64,000 nucleotides of DNA from Escherichia phage BAU.Micro_ELP-22, in the sequence record OR699282.2; one strand, written 5' to 3'. Position 1 is the first letter of the stretch; the number at the start of each line of letters is the position of its first letter. The notes beneath the pieces are model-generated. The model saw nothing but the letters and a program-made list of their open reading frames with translations, did no database searches and was not told the DNA's origin. This document shows, piece by piece, positions 61,292 to 64,000 of this stretch. The translations under genes were made by a program, and so were the position numbers.

Positions 61292-61821
61292 AAGAAACAT
61301 GCGTATTAACTTTTGGACGTGTTAATCCCGTACATCGTGGACATGGTTTAGTTTTTGAAAAGGCCAAAACATTACAAGAACAGTACAATGCTGATTTAAA
61401 AATATATCTAAGCACCAGTACTGACAATATAAAAAACCCACTCCCACCTGAACTAAAAATGTATTATACAGAGGGATTTTATCCTTCAGTGCAAGAGAAC
61501 ATCTACACAGAAGACAATCTGTTTGATATAATGAGAGAACTGGATGGAAAGTACTTAGATGTTCTTTTCATATGTGGTTCTGACCGTATTGATTCTTTTC
61601 AAAAAACTCTTGACATGTACAATGGTAAGTTGTATAATTTTTGTAGTATAAAAGTAATTCAAGCAGGTATTGACCGTAATGTAAGTCAATATAGCTCAAC
61701 ACAAATGCGTAACTTCGCAAAAAATGAAGATTTTGATAGTTTTCGTGAGTTTTTACCTGGAAATGACGAGAACTTAAAAATACAATTATTTGAAGACGTT
61801 ATAAAATACATGAGGAAATAA
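61288..61821 (+). CDS. HxGH-motif nucleotidyltransferase (NMNAT/NadD-like adenylyltransferase) (177 aa)
   Basis: ATGA overlap with dam; FGRVNPVHRGH (G-x-F-x-P-x-H-x-G-H) and C-terminal SSTQMR (S-x-T-x-x-R) motifs. Confidence 0.7.
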   Translation: MKETCVLTFGRVNPVHRGHGLVFEKAKTLQEQYNADLKIYLSTSTDNIKNPLPPELKMYYTEGFYPSVQENIYTEDNLFDIMRELDGKYLDVLFICGSDRIDSFQKTLDMYNGKLYNFCSIKVIQAGIDRNVSQYSSTQMRNFAKNEDFDSFREFLPGNDENLKIQLFEDVIKYMRK

Positions 61822-61823
61822 TT

Positions 61824-62117
61824 ATGTCAGTACTGTTCAAAACCAATCCAGTACTTTGGGATCAAAATGAGCAATCAGGATTTCGTTCCATCCATGTTGA
61901 ATACAAAGGTAATACTGTAGTTGCAATTATTGCTAACAAAACTCTAGGAAACTGGACTGCACAGGTTGTTCCTATGGGATATTCTTACACATCTGATGAG
62001 GTTCAATTCCTGGCTGAACTATATCGTCAAGTGCCGTTTATCATTAATGTACTAGAAGGTAATGATACATTATCACATGCAGATGTGATTAATTTTCTTG
62101 GAAACTTGCATGTGTGA
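61824..62117 (+). CDS. hypothetical protein (97 aa)
   Basis: ATG 61824 two nt after upstream stop. Confidence 0.6.
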   Translation: MSVLFKTNPVLWDQNEQSGFRSIHVEYKGNTVVAIIANKTLGNWTAQVVPMGYSYTSDEVQFLAELYRQVPFIINVLEGNDTLSHADVINFLGNLHV

Positions 62118-62397
62118 TGAAATAAATCTTACAGGATATTTTTTACAAGAATCAATGATTAAATTTAGTGATAAATTTTCAGTACTGGATGGTATCGAAA
62201 TGTGGCATGTCAAACCACTGTTCCACACTTTCAGTAAAGAGCACAAAATGTTATTGACTGAAGCGAGTAAATCAAATAACATATGTGAAATCAAAATTGG
62301 TGTAAATGTCTATAAAGGGATGGTTATCTTTTTTGACAATAACAGCAACTACTTTTATATTGTTAAGGAGCATTACGTTGACAAATACAAATACTAA
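62110..62397 (+). CDS. hypothetical protein (95 aa)
   Basis: Track ORF 62098 (TTG) trimmed to ATG 62110; overlaps upstream gene by 8 nt. Confidence 0.55.
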   Translation: MCDEINLTGYFLQESMIKFSDKFSVLDGIEMWHVKPLFHTFSKEHKMLLTEASKSNNICEIKIGVNVYKGMVIFFDNNSNYFYIVKEHYVDKYKY

Positions 62398-62992
62398 TAC
62401 ATACTTCCGTTATCTTCGCTTAGGTCTTTCCCTACGTCCGATCCGTGGAAAGTGCGATTCACTCGCTGACCTTGACTATGCATATGCATTACATCATGAA
62501 GGTGTACAGTATGTATTGGGTGATTATGGTGAATTTGAAGAAACAAATGACAGTACTGGAATTAATGCTGGTGTAGAAAATCTTAACAACATTGCTAACA
62601 GTTCTCGCCATGACATTGTGTTACAGATTCAAAACTTTATTGAGCAGCACACAGGTAAACGTGTTTGGTGCTATGTCGGTACTGATGCACAAATGTCAAT
62701 TTCATTCGGTAACGATGAAGGATATGTTGCACAGCTTATTATGGATTTTGAATCTGAAGAGAAGTTTTTAGAATTCAAAGAAAAGATTATTCAGTCACTT
62801 GTTGATATGGGTATCCCCGAAGATAAAATGCCAGAAGTTCAAAACATTGATGAATTTGTTTTGATTCCATCTGATGAGAAATATGATGCAATGTTTACTG
62901 CCCTTAATATTCCAGGAGTTATTGTGGAGTACTTTGATGATGGTGATGATAGTATCTATATCGATCTAGATGACGATGACGACGATGAATAA
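62378..62992 (+). CDS. acidic hypothetical protein (204 aa), poly-Asp C-terminus, probable TTG start
   Basis: TTG 62378 preceded by SD AAGGAG at 7 nt; C-terminus DDGDDSIYIDLDDDDDDE. Confidence 0.55.
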   Translation: MTNTNTNTYFRYLRLGLSLRPIRGKCDSLADLDYAYALHHEGVQYVLGDYGEFEETNDSTGINAGVENLNNIANSSRHDIVLQIQNFIEQHTGKRVWCYVGTDAQMSISFGNDEGYVAQLIMDFESEEKFLEFKEKIIQSLVDMGIPEDKMPEVQNIDEFVLIPSDEKYDAMFTALNIPGVIVEYFDDGDDSIYIDLDDDDDDE

Positions 62993-62998
62993 TGTACA

Positions 62999-63027
62999 TA
63001 GCCCGACATAAGTTCGGGCTATTTTTG
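62999..63027 (+). terminator. Rho-independent terminator
   Basis: TAGCCCGA-CATAAGT-TCGGGCTA then TTTTTG. Confidence 0.8.
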
Positions 63028-63038
63028 TAAGGGGATAT

Positions 63039-63314
63039 ATGAATTATAAAGTTCTACAATATACATACAGTGTTTTGTTTGATTTACATCACAATGGAAG
63101 ATATCTCAATACAATACGAGAAAACACATTCACTCATACTATCTGGATTAATCACTTAATAATGATACGTGAATATTTTGTTAATAGTGAGATAATCATT
63201 CGTGGTAAAAAACAGAAGATAGAACAAGTTAATAGTTTTGGTGGTAAATTAGTACTATCATTTATAGATAGTAATACTAATGAAAGATATAGTATAGATT
63301 TGGTGGACATATGA
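63039..63314 (+). CDS. tandem family F3 paralog (91 aa)
   Basis: MNYKVLQYTYSVLFDLHHNG; SD GGGGA. Confidence 0.6.
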   Translation: MNYKVLQYTYSVLFDLHHNGRYLNTIRENTFTHTIWINHLIMIREYFVNSEIIIRGKKQKIEQVNSFGGKLVLSFIDSNTNERYSIDLVDI

Positions 63315-63577
63315 ATTATAAAGATTTCCTACTAACATACAAGATTATTCGAGATTTAGCACACGACAATGATAGCCCTAGTCTAGAAGACACATGCACT
63401 GAAATGATTCATACAATTCGTGGTAAGATTAAAAAAAAATTCAGTACTGTTATTATTGGTGATGACCATGCAGAATTTTCTGATATAATCATTAGACGTG
63501 ATGGTAAAGTTGAGGTTCAGTACTACACTGATTTTGGATTTACCAGTATTCCGTTGGAGATATTCCCTTGGGATTAA
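63311..63577 (+). CDS. F3 paralog (88 aa)
   Basis: ATGA overlap; MNYKDFLLTYKIIRDLAHDN. Confidence 0.6.
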   Translation: MNYKDFLLTYKIIRDLAHDNDSPSLEDTCTEMIHTIRGKIKKKFSTVIIGDDHAEFSDIIIRRDGKVEVQYYTDFGFTSIPLEIFPWD

Positions 63578-63879
63578 ATTTAAATGATATACAATTCACT
63601 TATAAGATCCTATATGATTTGTATGATGTATACCTTGTTAGTAACAAAATAGGTTCACATAACCCATACAAAGAACAACCATTTATTGATTTATATATTG
63701 AGTACTTAGATTCAGTAGGTGAATATATAAAAAAGAATTACAGTACTTTTATCGATGGAAATGATAAATTCGATTTCTATGGTGTGCAATCATATAATGG
63801 TATAATCCATGTTCAATTTCAGGAAATAACCGATAGGGGATTTATCGAGATTAAAGTTGTGAAGTTGGTGAATTTATAA
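63568..63879 (+). CDS. F3 paralog (103 aa), no in-frame ATG (TTG start?)
   Basis: LNDIQFTYKILYDLYDV; TTG 63568 with SD GGAGA upstream; may be decaying. Confidence 0.45.
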   Translation: MGLNLNDIQFTYKILYDLYDVYLVSNKIGSHNPYKEQPFIDLYIEYLDSVGEYIKKNYSTFIDGNDKFDFYGVQSYNGIIHVQFQEITDRGFIEIKVVKLVNL

Positions 63880-63889
63880 GAGGTTACAT

Positions 63890-64000
63890 ATGTTATTAAA
63901 TGATATACAATTCACATACAAATTTTTGTATATCCAATACGCTACGGTTGATGCTGGAGAATATCTCTACAGTGAAATCTATCGTTCGGTATGGATAAAG
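63890..64000 (+). CDS. F3 paralog, 5' partial (runs off window)
   Basis: ATG 63890; MLLNDIQFTYKFLY matches previous gene. Confidence 0.55.
   Translation, partial: MLLNDIQFTYKFLYIQYATVDAGEYLYSEIYRSVWIK

Noticed and set aside
1-64000. tRNA or rRNA genes
   Set aside because: Scanned non-coding stretches (1-1676, 7614-7760, 12040-12110, 59595-60132) for T-loop GGTTCRANYC-type signatures and acceptor stems; none found by eye.
1-64000. Insertion sequence or transposase
   Set aside because: No long ORF with transposase or integrase motifs and no long terminal inverted repeats; the repeated elements are promoter cassettes and short intergenic units.

Overview
This window reads as part of a large virulent tailed-phage genome (bacterial host, strong Shine-Dalgarno sites), almost entirely plus-strand coding. 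Layout: (1) 1-1676, a non-coding region dense in repeats, CAGTACTG motifs and promoter-like sites; (2) 1.7-21.3 kb, an early-type region of about 55 small genes, most with their own near-consensus sigma70-like promoter followed by a GC-rich stem-loop whose arms co-vary between copies (reminiscent of the promoter-early stem-loop 'PeSL' cassettes described in hyperplastic regions of T4-type phages); recognisable products are a TraR/DksA-type zinc finger, a GNAT acetyltransferase, a minimal Ser/Thr-kinase-like protein and a signal-peptide protein; (3) 21.5-27.5 kb, a tandem array of 27 translationally coupled 65-90 aa paralogs with a C-terminal hydrophobic-LGTNYQE core; (4) 27.5-56 kb, a second array of about 55 genes of 100-210 aa, most sharing only a (D/E)E-x-(Y/L/F)-F-Q-x-S core plus a short C-terminal helical segment, with copies of the small family embedded; (5) 56-63 kb, mixed genes including a phage Dam-type N6-adenine methyltransferase overlapping an HxGH/SxTxxR nucleotidyltransferase (NMNAT/NadD-like); (6) 63-64 kb, the start of a third tandem family. 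No rRNA, tRNA, CRISPR array or transposase was found by eye. The most unusual content is the roughly 35 kb of diversifying paralog arrays, which I could not assign to any family I recognise. Other notable signals are strong AGTACT over-representation, a perfect 77-bp tandem duplication that frameshifts one gene, and repeated structured non-coding elements. All coordinates are hand-derived; start codons of array genes are the least certain.
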